From: Betaproteobacteria bacterium
Lineage (GTDB): Bacteria > Pseudomonadota > Gammaproteobacteria > Burkholderiales > Burkholderiaceae_C
Assembly: GCA_009921465.1 (NCBI GenBank)
Contig: RFXS01000001.1
Span: 1 to 52,111, forward strand
Direction: 5' to 3'
DNA length: 52,111 nt
The position numbers and the translations under genes are program-made. Position 1 is the first letter of the stretch; each line of letters starts with the position of its first letter. Below, piece after piece: positions 1 through 8,097 of this stretch. The notes under the pieces were generated by a model. That model did no database searches. It saw only the letters and a list, made by a program, of their open reading frames with translations, and had not been told where the DNA came from.

Positions 1-497
1 TGTGCGCCTTGCCAAATGCCAACGCTCAAGGCGGCCAACATGACGGCGGAGTAAAGCAAGCCACACGGCAACAAGGCCCACACCAACCCCAGCACCAAGG
101 GAGCGGCGATGCTGGCACGGGTTGCTTGGCGCTCGCCCAATGGTTTGATGCGGCGCCAAATGCCCTGGGTCCAAGCGCCCAGCCAAGTCGGTGGCTCGGC
201 GCGCCACAGCAACCACAGTCCCAACAGCATCAACAGCACATGGAAAAAACTCCAAACCGGCCTGAACGCTGCGCTTTGGAGCGTGAGCCATCCCAGCCCT
301 TGCATCGATGCCGCAGCCAAAGCACCCAAACTGCTGTAACCCAGCAAGCGACCCATTTGGAAACCCCACATCGCGCCTGGCCCCGACCCAGGAGCGGCGC
401 TGGTGATCCCCGCACAGGCTGCACCACACATGGCCAAGCAATGGGGCCCCCCGGCCAGCCCCATCAGTGCCGCACTGACCACCAAGGTTGAAAACAT
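1..497 (-). CDS. Sulfite exporter TauE/SafE-like (DsbD_2 family) membrane protein, partial (runs off the left edge)
   Basis: Not in the ORF track. Manual translation from the ATG at 497 (overlapping the hemN stop) gives MFSTLVVSAALMGLAGGPHCLAMCGAAC...FQMGRLLGYSSLGALAA. The HCxxMCG and GRxxxY motifs are typical of this family, which commonly sits beside hemN/cco. Confidence 0.8.
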   Translation of the reverse strand, partial: MFSTLVVSAALMGLAGGPHCLAMCGAACAGITSAAPGSGPGAMWGFQMGRLLGYSSLGALAAASMQGLGWLTLQSAAFRPVWSFFHVLLMLLGLWLLWRAEPPTWLGAWTQGIWRRIKPLGERQATRASIAAPLVLGLVWALLPCGLLYSAVMLAALSVGIWQGA

Positions 498-1879
498 CAA
501 ATGATTTTAGAGAACCGGGCGCGGTCTTGATCAGCGCGCAGATAGCGGTCAAACACCATGGCCACGGCACGCACAAAGTACCAGCCTTGCTCCGTGACGT
601 TGATGGCGTCGCCCTCGAGCGTGACCAAGCCACTGTCTTGCATTTGTTTTAACTCGAGCAGTTCACCCGCAAAGGTTTTGCGAAAGTCAATCAAATGCGA
701 CGTCTCGATGGACTCTATGGAAACATGGCCCTGGCACATCAAAGCCATGATGATGGTGCGCCGCACCAAATCGTCCCGGCTGAGCAACAAACCGCGTTCA
801 ACCGGCAGCTGCCCCAGGGCCAGCAAGTCTTCATAGGCCTCCAATGTCTTGGCGTTTTGGCTGTATGTCGCCCCCACGCGGCCAATCGCCGACACCCCCA
901 AGGCGATCAAATCGCTGTCTGGTTGGGTGGAATAGCCCTGAAAGTTGCGGTGCAAACGCCCTTGCCGCTTGGCCACGGCCAAGTCGTCATCCGGCAGGGC
1001 AAAGTGATCCATACCGATGTAGACGTAGCCCGCTTCGACCAAGCGCACCAAGGCGCGCTGCATCATGCCCACCTTGCTCGCTGGCGCAGGCAAATCAACC
1101 GCATGGATGCGCCGTTGGGGCTTGAAACGCTCGGGCAAATGGGCATAAGCGTACAAAGCAATCCGCTCGGGATGCAGCTCGATGACCTGGTCCAAGGTGC
1201 GCTCAAAGCTGGCAGCGGTTTGCATGGGCAAGCCGTAGATCAAGTCGAGGTTGACCGACTCAAAGCCCAACGCCCGCGCAGCGACCATCAGGTTTTGCAC
1301 GTCTTGCGTCGACTGAATGCGGTGCACCGCTTTTTGCACCGCAGGCTCAAAGTCTTGCACCCCCAAACTGAGGCGGTTAAAGCCCAGTTCACGGATCACG
1401 GCCAAGCGCGATGCATCCACTGTGCGGGGGTCGACCTCGATGGAGTACTCTCCCCCTGGCACCCATTGAAAGGCATCGGTCAACCGCTCCTTCAGTGCGC
1501 GCATGTCTTCGTTGCGCAAAAAAGTGGGGGACCCACCGCCCCAGTGCAGCTGTGACACGGGCTGGCCACGACCGAGTTGGGCCACGGTCAAATCGATTTC
1601 CCGACCCAGGCTTTTAAGGTAGCGTTCGGCTTGGCTGTATTGTTTGGTAATGATTTTGTTGCATGCACAGTAATAGCAAAGTGATGCACAAAAGGGGATG
1701 TGCACATAAACAGACAAAGGGATGCCGCGCAAACCCAATCCCTGCTGTCGCTGTCGCAAGGCTTGCACGTACTGGGTGTGTCCAAACGCACCGACAAAGC
1801 GGTCTGCTGTTGGATACGATGTGTAACGAGGTCCAGGCACGTCGTACTGGCCAAGTAATTTTGGGTTCAGCAAGCTCAT
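497..1879 (-). CDS. hemN: Oxygen-independent coproporphyrinogen III oxidase (radical SAM)
   Basis: GPRYTSYPTA, YVHIPFC-x3-C-YY-C radical SAM motif, GGGSP, HRNFQGY, C-terminal RFSKII. Start at 1879 or 1885. Confidence 0.96.
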   Translation of the reverse strand: MSLLNPKLLGQYDVPGPRYTSYPTADRFVGAFGHTQYVQALRQRQQGLGLRGIPLSVYVHIPFCASLCYYCACNKIITKQYSQAERYLKSLGREIDLTVAQLGRGQPVSQLHWGGGSPTFLRNEDMRALKERLTDAFQWVPGGEYSIEVDPRTVDASRLAVIRELGFNRLSLGVQDFEPAVQKAVHRIQSTQDVQNLMVAARALGFESVNLDLIYGLPMQTAASFERTLDQVIELHPERIALYAYAHLPERFKPQRRIHAVDLPAPASKVGMMQRALVRLVEAGYVYIGMDHFALPDDDLAVAKRQGRLHRNFQGYSTQPDSDLIALGVSAIGRVGATYSQNAKTLEAYEDLLALGQLPVERGLLLSRDDLVRRTIIMALMCQGHVSIESIETSHLIDFRKTFAGELLELKQMQDSGLVTLEGDAINVTEQGWYFVRAVAMVFDRYLRADQDRARFSKII

Positions 1880-1930
1880 AAACAATCCATTCCGAAGTGG
1901 ATAATGTGCCCGTTAAATGCATTTTTGACT

Positions 1931-1944
1931 TTGCGCTGAATCAA
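1931..1944. promoter_or_regulatory. FNR box, hemN-proximal
   Basis: TTGCG-CTGA-ATCAA versus consensus TTGAT-N4-ATCAA, in the hemN/fnr divergent intergenic region. Confidence 0.6.
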
Positions 1945-1947
1945 GCT

Positions 1948-1961
1948 TTGTTGTTCATCAA
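1948..1961. promoter_or_regulatory. FNR box, fnr-proximal (possible autorepression)
   Basis: TTGTT-GTTC-ATCAA, one mismatch to consensus, just upstream of the fnr start. Confidence 0.6.
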
Positions 1962-1976
1962 AACAGGTTGTACCCC

Positions 1977-2696
1977 ATGAACCCTTCTGCCATCAAGGTT
2001 GCTTGCACCAACTGCAATTTGCGTGAACTGTGCATGCCGGTTGGTTTGTCTGACCAAGACCTCCTGCGCATTGAAGAAGTGGTCGAGACCAAACGCAAAA
2101 TCAAGCGCGGGGCACACCTGTTCAAAGACGGGGAGTCTTTCAACGCCTTGTACGCCATCCGAACCGGTTTTTTCAAAACCTGCGTGGCCACCGAAGACGG
2201 TCGCGAGCAAGTCACCGGCTTTCAAATGGCCGGGGAGATCATGGGTTTGGATGGCATCGTCAGCGACCACCACACCTGCAATGCAGTGGCACTGGAAGAC
2301 GCCGAGGTCTGCGTCATGCCATTTGATCAAATTGAGCACTTGTCTCGCGAGGTCAAGGCCTTGCAGCACCATGTGCACAAGATCATGAGCCGAGAAATCG
2401 TGCGCGAACACGGCGTGATGTTGCTCTTGGGCAGCATGCGGGCCGAGGAGAGACTGGCTGCGTTTTTGTTGAATTTGGTGCAAAGATTGCACGCCAGGGG
2501 TTTTTCTCGCACTGAACTGGTTCTGCGCATGACCCGTGAAGAAATCGGCAGTTACCTGGGCCTGAAACTGGAAACCGTCAGCCGGACCTTCTCTAAGTTT
2601 GCAGAGGAAGGCAGCATCGAGGTCAAGCAGCGCCATGTGCAAATCATCGACCCCCAGGCCTTGCAGCAAATCGTCAACGCAGGGGCATGCGCCTAA
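1977..2696 (+). CDS. fnr: Fumarate/nitrate reduction transcriptional regulator (CRP/FNR family, 4Fe-4S)
   Basis: N-terminal C-x2-C-x5-C (CTNCNLRELC), a fourth Cys in HTCNAVALED, and HTH MTREEIGSYLGLKLETVSR. Start at 1968 (TTG) or 1977 (ATG). Confidence 0.95.
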   Translation: MNPSAIKVACTNCNLRELCMPVGLSDQDLLRIEEVVETKRKIKRGAHLFKDGESFNALYAIRTGFFKTCVATEDGREQVTGFQMAGEIMGLDGIVSDHHTCNAVALEDAEVCVMPFDQIEHLSREVKALQHHVHKIMSREIVREHGVMLLLGSMRAEERLAAFLLNLVQRLHARGFSRTELVLRMTREEIGSYLGLKLETVSRTFSKFAEEGSIEVKQRHVQIIDPQALQQIVNAGACA

Positions 2697-2702
2697 AGGC
2701 CC

Positions 2703-2990
2703 TCACAGCGGACCTGGCTCACCGCTTTCTTTCTCGTCCATGGCCAAACGGCCATCTCGATTGACCGAGTCCCCCGACTGGCTGAGCAGCAAGCTCAATG
2801 CGCTGGCCACCGCAGTGACGGTCCACAACAGAAAAAAGCCCAAGCTGTAAATGGCTTGGCGCGGCAACGTGATACCTTGACCCATCCAGCGCATGTCTTC
2901 TGGGTCAATCATGGCAAAAACCAGCATCTCCAAGACACCCGCCGCCAAAAAGGCAGGCCACAAGACCCACATCAAATGCCATCTCCACAT
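2703..2990 (-). CDS. Small hypothetical membrane protein at the end of the cco operon
   Basis: MWRWHLMWVLWPAFLAAGVLEMLVFAMIDPEDM...YSLGFFLLW, two hydrophobic segments. GGAGG SD precedes the ATG at 2990; co-oriented directly after ccoH. Confidence 0.75.
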   Translation of the reverse strand: MWRWHLMWVLWPAFLAAGVLEMLVFAMIDPEDMRWMGQGITLPRQAIYSLGFFLLWTVTAVASALSLLLSQSGDSVNRDGRLAMDEKESGEPGPL

Positions 2991-3012
2991 GCTGACCTCC
3001 TGGGGCGGTGGC

Positions 3013-3276
3013 TTACTTGGCCGGCACGGCGCTGTCCACGCCAGGCGCCGACGGGGTGGCCGCATGGTTGCGGGCCTGGTGCGCTGGAACCAACGCACGT
3101 TGTGCGGCCGGGCTGATGACCTGGCTGGGGTGGTCCATGACCTCGTCCGCCCCTTTCAATGCCAATGCACCGGTGTACAAGGAAGCCACCACCACGACCG
3201 CAGGTCCAAGCAATACCAACCAAACATGGCCATAGCGCCACCAGGCCAAAGATGGAGCGTCGTCAAGGGTTTTCAT
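3013..3276 (-). CDS. ccoH: FixH/CcoH family protein (short form)
   Basis: WWRYGHVWLVLLGPAVVVVAS N-terminal transmembrane motif of FixH; lies directly after ccoG with an AGGAG SD. Confidence 0.75.
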   Translation of the reverse strand: MKTLDDAPSLAWWRYGHVWLVLLGPAVVVVASLYTGALALKGADEVMDHPSQVISPAAQRALVPAHQARNHAATPSAPGVDSAVPAK

Positions 3277-3292
3277 TGTTTGTCTCCTGTTG

Positions 3293-4711
3293 TCATCGGG
3301 GAATCAGAAATACAGACGCCTCAACCACTTTTTGACCGCTGTGGGGGTCGTCAATGTCAAACCAAATTTTGTGCGATCCCGGCTCGCCAGAGCCATACGG
3401 CACGTCCACATGCACCACCACCCAGCGTGCCTGGGCCGCTTCCACATGGATGGGGTCCATGTCACGCAGCTCAATCCCATGCAAGCCCCTGACCGAAACT
3501 TGGTAGTCACTGCTGTGCTCGGTGGCGTTCATGATTTGCAAGCGATACACATTTTGCAGCGTGCCGTACTCAGTGATGCGCGACAAGGTCGTGCGGTCGC
3601 GCACGATGTCGACCCGAAAAGGCGTGCGCAAGGCCAAGCTCGTGGACAAAGCCAACACCAAAGCAAGCAATACACCGGTATAGATCCACACCCGGACACG
3701 CATTACCTGGCCCCAAATTTGAGCCGAATTCCAACCCTTTTTAATGGCGTTTTGCGTCGCATAGCGGACCAAACCACGTGGCATGCCCACTTTGTCCATC
3801 ACGGTGTCACACACGTCGGCACAAGCGCCACAGCCGATGCACTCGTACTGCAAGCCATCTCGGATATCAATGCCTGTGGGACACACCTGCACACACAAGC
3901 TGCAATCGATGCAGTCACCTGTCGTGCGTTTCACATCAGCGGTGGTCTGGTGTTTGCCCCTGGGCTCGCCCCGCTGGGCGTCGTAGGTCACGATCAGGGT
4001 GTCGGCATCGAACATGGCACTTTGAAAGCGCGCATACGGGCACATGTATTTGCACACCTGCTCGCGCATGAAGCCGGCATTGCCGTAGGTGGCGAAGCCA
4101 TAGAAAAAGACCCAAAAAACCTCCCACGAGGACATGCGGGTTTGCAAAAACTCCATGCCCAACGACTTGATGGGGGTGAAATAGCCCACAAACGTGAAGC
4201 CCGTCCACATGGCAACACCCAACCAGATGATGTGCTTATACCATTTCTTAACCAACATCTCGAGACTGAATTGGCCCGCATCCAAGCGCATGCGGGCGCT
4301 TCGGTCACCTTCGATCTTGCGCTCGATCCACATGAAAATTTCGCTGTAAACCGTTTGCGGGCAAGCGTATCCACACCACAGTCGACCTGCCACCGCCGTG
4401 AACAAAAACAAAGACAAGGCAGAGATGACCAACAAACCCGTCAAGTAAATAAAGTCTTGCGGGTACAGCACCAAGCCAAAAATATAAAACCGCCGGGCAC
4501 CCAAATCAAACAAAACGGCTTGCCGCTGCCCCCACTCCAACCAAGGCAAACCATAAAAGACCAATTGGGTGAGCCACACCAGGGCCCATCGCCACATCGC
4601 GAAGCGGCCTTGCACCGATCGAGGGTAAATTTTCGGTGACGGCGCATACAAAGATGCACCCGACCCATCCACGGGTTGAATATCAATGACCTTGCGCACG
4701 GGTTTCAACAT
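3293..4711 (-). CDS. ccoG: Cytochrome c oxidase accessory protein CcoG (4Fe-4S membrane protein)
   Basis: GRLWCGYACPQTV, REQVCKYMCPY, CIDCSLCVQVCPTGIDIR, CIGCGACADVC. Confidence 0.95.
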   Translation of the reverse strand: MLKPVRKVIDIQPVDGSGASLYAPSPKIYPRSVQGRFAMWRWALVWLTQLVFYGLPWLEWGQRQAVLFDLGARRFYIFGLVLYPQDFIYLTGLLVISALSLFLFTAVAGRLWCGYACPQTVYSEIFMWIERKIEGDRSARMRLDAGQFSLEMLVKKWYKHIIWLGVAMWTGFTFVGYFTPIKSLGMEFLQTRMSSWEVFWVFFYGFATYGNAGFMREQVCKYMCPYARFQSAMFDADTLIVTYDAQRGEPRGKHQTTADVKRTTGDCIDCSLCVQVCPTGIDIRDGLQYECIGCGACADVCDTVMDKVGMPRGLVRYATQNAIKKGWNSAQIWGQVMRVRVWIYTGVLLALVLALSTSLALRTPFRVDIVRDRTTLSRITEYGTLQNVYRLQIMNATEHSSDYQVSVRGLHGIELRDMDPIHVEAAQARWVVVHVDVPYGSGEPGSHKIWFDIDDPHSGQKVVEASVFLIPR

Positions 4712-4739
4712 GGCGCGCCCACGCGCTCCTCAAGCAAGA

Positions 4740-5654
4740 TCATGGTTTCTGGGTCGAGGTGTTGGACAAGCCCCAAACATAAGCACTCAGCACATGGATT
4801 TGCGATGGTGTCAGTCGCCCCTCTTGGGCGGGCATTTGATTGAGCTTGCCTTTGGTGACCATGGACACAATCGCCTCCTCACCCCAACCATGCAACCAGA
4901 CCTTGTCGGTCAAGTTGGGGGCACCCAAGGCCTGATTGCCTTTGGCATCGGCGCCGTGGCAGGCCGCGCAAGCGCCAAATTTGGGCTTGCCCAAGGCGGC
5001 ACGCAAAGAGTCGTTCGGAGAACCCGACAAGCTCAGCACATGGTGGGCCAGGTTTTTCACGTCCTCTGCACCACCTACCGCCGCCGCCATGGGGGGCATA
5101 TTGCCCTGACGGCCAAGGGTGATGCTTTCTTTGATCTTGTCTGGACTGCCACCATACAACCAATCGCCATCGGTCAAATTGGGGAAGCCTTTGGTGCCCC
5201 TGGCGTCAGATCCATGGCATTGGGCGCAGTTGTTCAAAAACAAATGCTCTCCAATGTGCCGCGCCTGAGGGTCCAGTGCCACTTGCTCCGCGCTCATGGC
5301 ATCAAAGCGGGCATATATAGGTGCCAAATCCGCATTGGCCTGGGTCACTTCCTGCTCGTACTGCTGGACAGAGGTCCAAGCAAAACGCCCTTCGTGGTTG
5401 CCCAAACCAGGGTAAAAGGCCAAATAAAACAAGGAAAAAACGATGGTCAGGACAAACAAACCCACCCACCACAAGGGCAAGGGGTTGTTCGACTCGCGCA
5501 GGTCTTCATCCCACACGTGACCGGTGGTGTTGTCAACGGAGTCAGGTAACTTCTTGCGTGACGTCACCCACAAAAGCAAAACACAGCCCAATATGCCACC
5601 CAGGGTGATCCAAGTGACGTAATGAGACCAAAAAGAATGTACAAAATCACTCAT
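4740..5654 (-). CDS. ccoP: cbb3-type cytochrome c oxidase subunit III
   Basis: TTGHVWDEDL, NNPLPLWW and two CxxCH haem motifs (CAQCHG, CAACHG). Confidence 0.96.
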   Translation of the reverse strand: MSDFVHSFWSHYVTWITLGGILGCVLLLWVTSRKKLPDSVDNTTGHVWDEDLRESNNPLPLWWVGLFVLTIVFSLFYLAFYPGLGNHEGRFAWTSVQQYEQEVTQANADLAPIYARFDAMSAEQVALDPQARHIGEHLFLNNCAQCHGSDARGTKGFPNLTDGDWLYGGSPDKIKESITLGRQGNMPPMAAAVGGAEDVKNLAHHVLSLSGSPNDSLRAALGKPKFGACAACHGADAKGNQALGAPNLTDKVWLHGWGEEAIVSMVTKGKLNQMPAQEGRLTPSQIHVLSAYVWGLSNTSTQKP

Positions 5655-5665
5655 GTGTGAACTCC

Positions 5666-5803
5666 TCAATCACCCAAAAAAGGCAGTTGGGCGGCTTCTT
5701 CAAACGCTTGGGTTTTGCGCCTGTCCATCACCCAGGCCACGATGGCCAGAAAACACACAAAGCCCAACACGGTGGTGGCAATTCTCAAAACGGTGATGTC
5801 CAT
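5666..5803 (-). CDS. ccoQ: cbb3-type cytochrome c oxidase subunit IV (45 aa)
   Basis: Below the ORF-track cutoff. Manual translation: MDITVLRIATTVLGFVCFLAIVAWVMDRRKTQAFEEAAQLPFLGD*. Lies between ccoO and ccoP. Confidence 0.9.
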   Translation of the reverse strand: MDITVLRIATTVLGFVCFLAIVAWVMDRRKTQAFEEAAQLPFLGD

Positions 5804-5815
5804 GGTTTTAAATCC

Positions 5816-6439
5816 TTACTTCAAAGCGCGGCCCATGGCCTGCAAATAGGCGATCAAGGCATCCATGTCGGTTTTGCCTTGCACATCCTGGCTGGCAGAG
5901 GCTATTTCTGCATCGGTGTAGGGCACGCCCACCCGGCGCAGGGCTGTCATGTGCGCGGGCATTGCTGCGGCGTCAACCGGAGACTTTTCCAACCAGGGGT
6001 AGGCCGGCATATTGGATTCAGGAACCACGTCTCGTGCGTTCACCAAGTGGATGCGGTGCCACTCATCGCTGTATTTGCCTCCCACCCGGTGCAGATCTGG
6101 GCCCGTGCGTTTGCTGCCCCACTGGAAGGGGTGGTCGTAGACGAATTCACCGGCCACTGAATAGTGGCCATAGCGCAGGGTCTCGGCACGCAAGGGGCGG
6201 ATCATTTGCGAGTGGCAGTTGTAGCAACCTTCGCGCACATAGACATCGCGCCCAGCCAACTGCAACGCCGTGTAGGGTTTGACACCCTCTATGGGCTGGG
6301 TGGTGGACTTTTGGAAAAACAGTGGAATGATTTCCACCATACCGCCCACAGCGATGACCAACAAAATCAACACCACCATCAACAGGTTGTTGGTCTCGAT
6401 TTTTTCGTGGGTGAAACCGGATTCTGGTTTATTGCTCAT
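5816..6439 (-). CDS. ccoO: cbb3-type cytochrome c oxidase subunit II
   Basis: [32 protein letters not shown]. Confidence 0.97.
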   Translation of the reverse strand: MSNKPESGFTHEKIETNNLLMVVLILLVIAVGGMVEIIPLFFQKSTTQPIEGVKPYTALQLAGRDVYVREGCYNCHSQMIRPLRAETLRYGHYSVAGEFVYDHPFQWGSKRTGPDLHRVGGKYSDEWHRIHLVNARDVVPESNMPAYPWLEKSPVDAAAMPAHMTALRRVGVPYTDAEIASASQDVQGKTDMDALIAYLQAMGRALK

Positions 6440-6448
6440 GGTCACTCC

Positions 6449-7882
6449 TCAAGCGTGGGCTGGTGCAACAGGGATGGCCACCAATTGGGCCTTGCCATGC
6501 CATGCGGTCATGACCACATTCCATAGCATGACCAACATGCCACCGAGATACAGCACCCCACCGATCACCCGCACCACGTAGTAGGGATAGGTTGCTTTGA
6601 CGCTTTCGACAAAGGTGTAAGTCAAGGTGCCGTCGTCGTTGATGGCGCGCCACATCAGGCCTTGCATCACCCCGGCGATCCACATGGCTGCGATGTACAG
6701 CACGATGCCGATGGTGGCCATCCAAAAATGCAGTTCAATGGCAGGGATGCTGTGCATTTTTTTCTGTCCAAACAAGCGTGGGATCAAGAAGTAAAGCGCC
6801 CCCATGGACACCAGGCCCACCCACCCCAAGGCGCCTGAGTGAACGTGGCCCACCGTCCAGTCGGTGTAATGCGACAAGGCATTGACCGTCTTGATGGACA
6901 TCATGGGGCCTTCAAAGGTGCTCATGCCGTAAAAAGACAAGGAAACAATCATGAAGCGCAAGATCGGGTCATCGCGCAGTTTGTGCCAAGCGCCAGACAA
7001 GGTCATCACACCGTTGATCATGCCGCCCCAACTGGGCGCAAGCAATATCAGCGAGAACGCCATGCCCAAAGACTGTGTCCAATCTGGCAAAGCGGTGTAG
7101 TGCAAATGGTGCGGGCCGGCCCACATGTAGGTGAAGATCAGCGCCCAAAAGTGCACGATCGACAAGCGGTAGGAATAAACCGGCCGCTCCACTTGCTTGG
7201 GGATGAAGTAGTACATCATGCCCAGAAAACCTGCCGTCAAGAAAAATCCCACGGCGTTGTGGCCGTACCACCACTGAATCATGGCGTCTTGCACACCTGC
7301 GTAGGCCGAGTAGGACTTCATCCAACCCGCAGGCACGGCCGCACTGTTGACCAGGTGCAAGATGGCCACGGCCAATATGAATGCGCCATAAAACCAATTG
7401 GCGACATAAATGTGTTTGACTTTGCGCTGCCCCACGGTGCCAAAAAACACCACGGCATAAGACACCCACACCAAGGTGATCAAAATATCAATCGGCCACT
7501 CGAGCTCGGCATACTCTTTGCCGCTGGTGTAGCCCAGGGGCAGGCTGATGGCCGCAGCCAAGATGACCGCTTGCCAACCCCAAAAGGTGAAGGCTGCCAA
7601 CTTGGGGGCAAATAAACGGGTTTGCCCCGTGCGCTGCACCACGTAATAGCTGGTGGCGAACAAGGCACAACCGCCAAACGCAAAAATCACAGCATTGGTG
7701 TGCAATGGCCGGAGTCGGCCGTAACTCAGCCAAGGAATACCAAAGTTCAATTCAGGCCAGGCCAACTGGGCAGCGATGATCACGCCCACCAGCATGCCGA
7801 CCACTCCCCAGATCACGGCCATGATGGAGAACTGGCGCACCGCCGTGTCACTGTAAGCCGTTGTAATGTGCTGTTGATTCAT
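6449..7882 (-). CDS. ccoN: cbb3-type cytochrome c oxidase subunit I
   Basis: [44 protein letters not shown]. Confidence 0.98.
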   Translation of the reverse strand: MNQQHITTAYSDTAVRQFSIMAVIWGVVGMLVGVIIAAQLAWPELNFGIPWLSYGRLRPLHTNAVIFAFGGCALFATSYYVVQRTGQTRLFAPKLAAFTFWGWQAVILAAAISLPLGYTSGKEYAELEWPIDILITLVWVSYAVVFFGTVGQRKVKHIYVANWFYGAFILAVAILHLVNSAAVPAGWMKSYSAYAGVQDAMIQWWYGHNAVGFFLTAGFLGMMYYFIPKQVERPVYSYRLSIVHFWALIFTYMWAGPHHLHYTALPDWTQSLGMAFSLILLAPSWGGMINGVMTLSGAWHKLRDDPILRFMIVSLSFYGMSTFEGPMMSIKTVNALSHYTDWTVGHVHSGALGWVGLVSMGALYFLIPRLFGQKKMHSIPAIELHFWMATIGIVLYIAAMWIAGVMQGLMWRAINDDGTLTYTFVESVKATYPYYVVRVIGGVLYLGGMLVMLWNVVMTAWHGKAQLVAIPVAPAHA

Positions 7883-7938
7883 TTCTTAACCTCTTGAAAA
7901 CCGCGTAGACAGTATCTGATTGAATGGACTTGGGCAGC

Positions 7939-7952
7939 TTGATGCAGATCAA
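7939..7952. promoter_or_regulatory. FNR box upstream of ccoN
   Basis: Perfect TTGAT-GCAG-ATCAA, 57-70 nt upstream of the ccoN ATG. Confidence 0.85.
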
Positions 7953-8086
7953 TCGTTGCGCAAAATCCGCTCGCCTTCTTGTTCAATCGATTCAAATTGT
8001 CCGGAGTCAATGGCCCACCACAGCCCCACCAAGATCAGCAAGACCAGGGCAACAGACAAGGGGATGAGCAAAAACAAAATATCCAT
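7949..8086 (-). CDS. ccoS: cbb3 oxidase maturation protein CcoS/FixS (45 aa)
   Basis: Manual translation: MDILFLLIPLSVALVLLILVGLWWAIDSGQFESIEQEGERILRND*, with the characteristic W-A-x-x-S-G-Q-F motif. Confidence 0.9.
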   Translation of the reverse strand: MDILFLLIPLSVALVLLILVGLWWAIDSGQFESIEQEGERILRND

Positions 8087-8097
8087 GGAATAAACTT

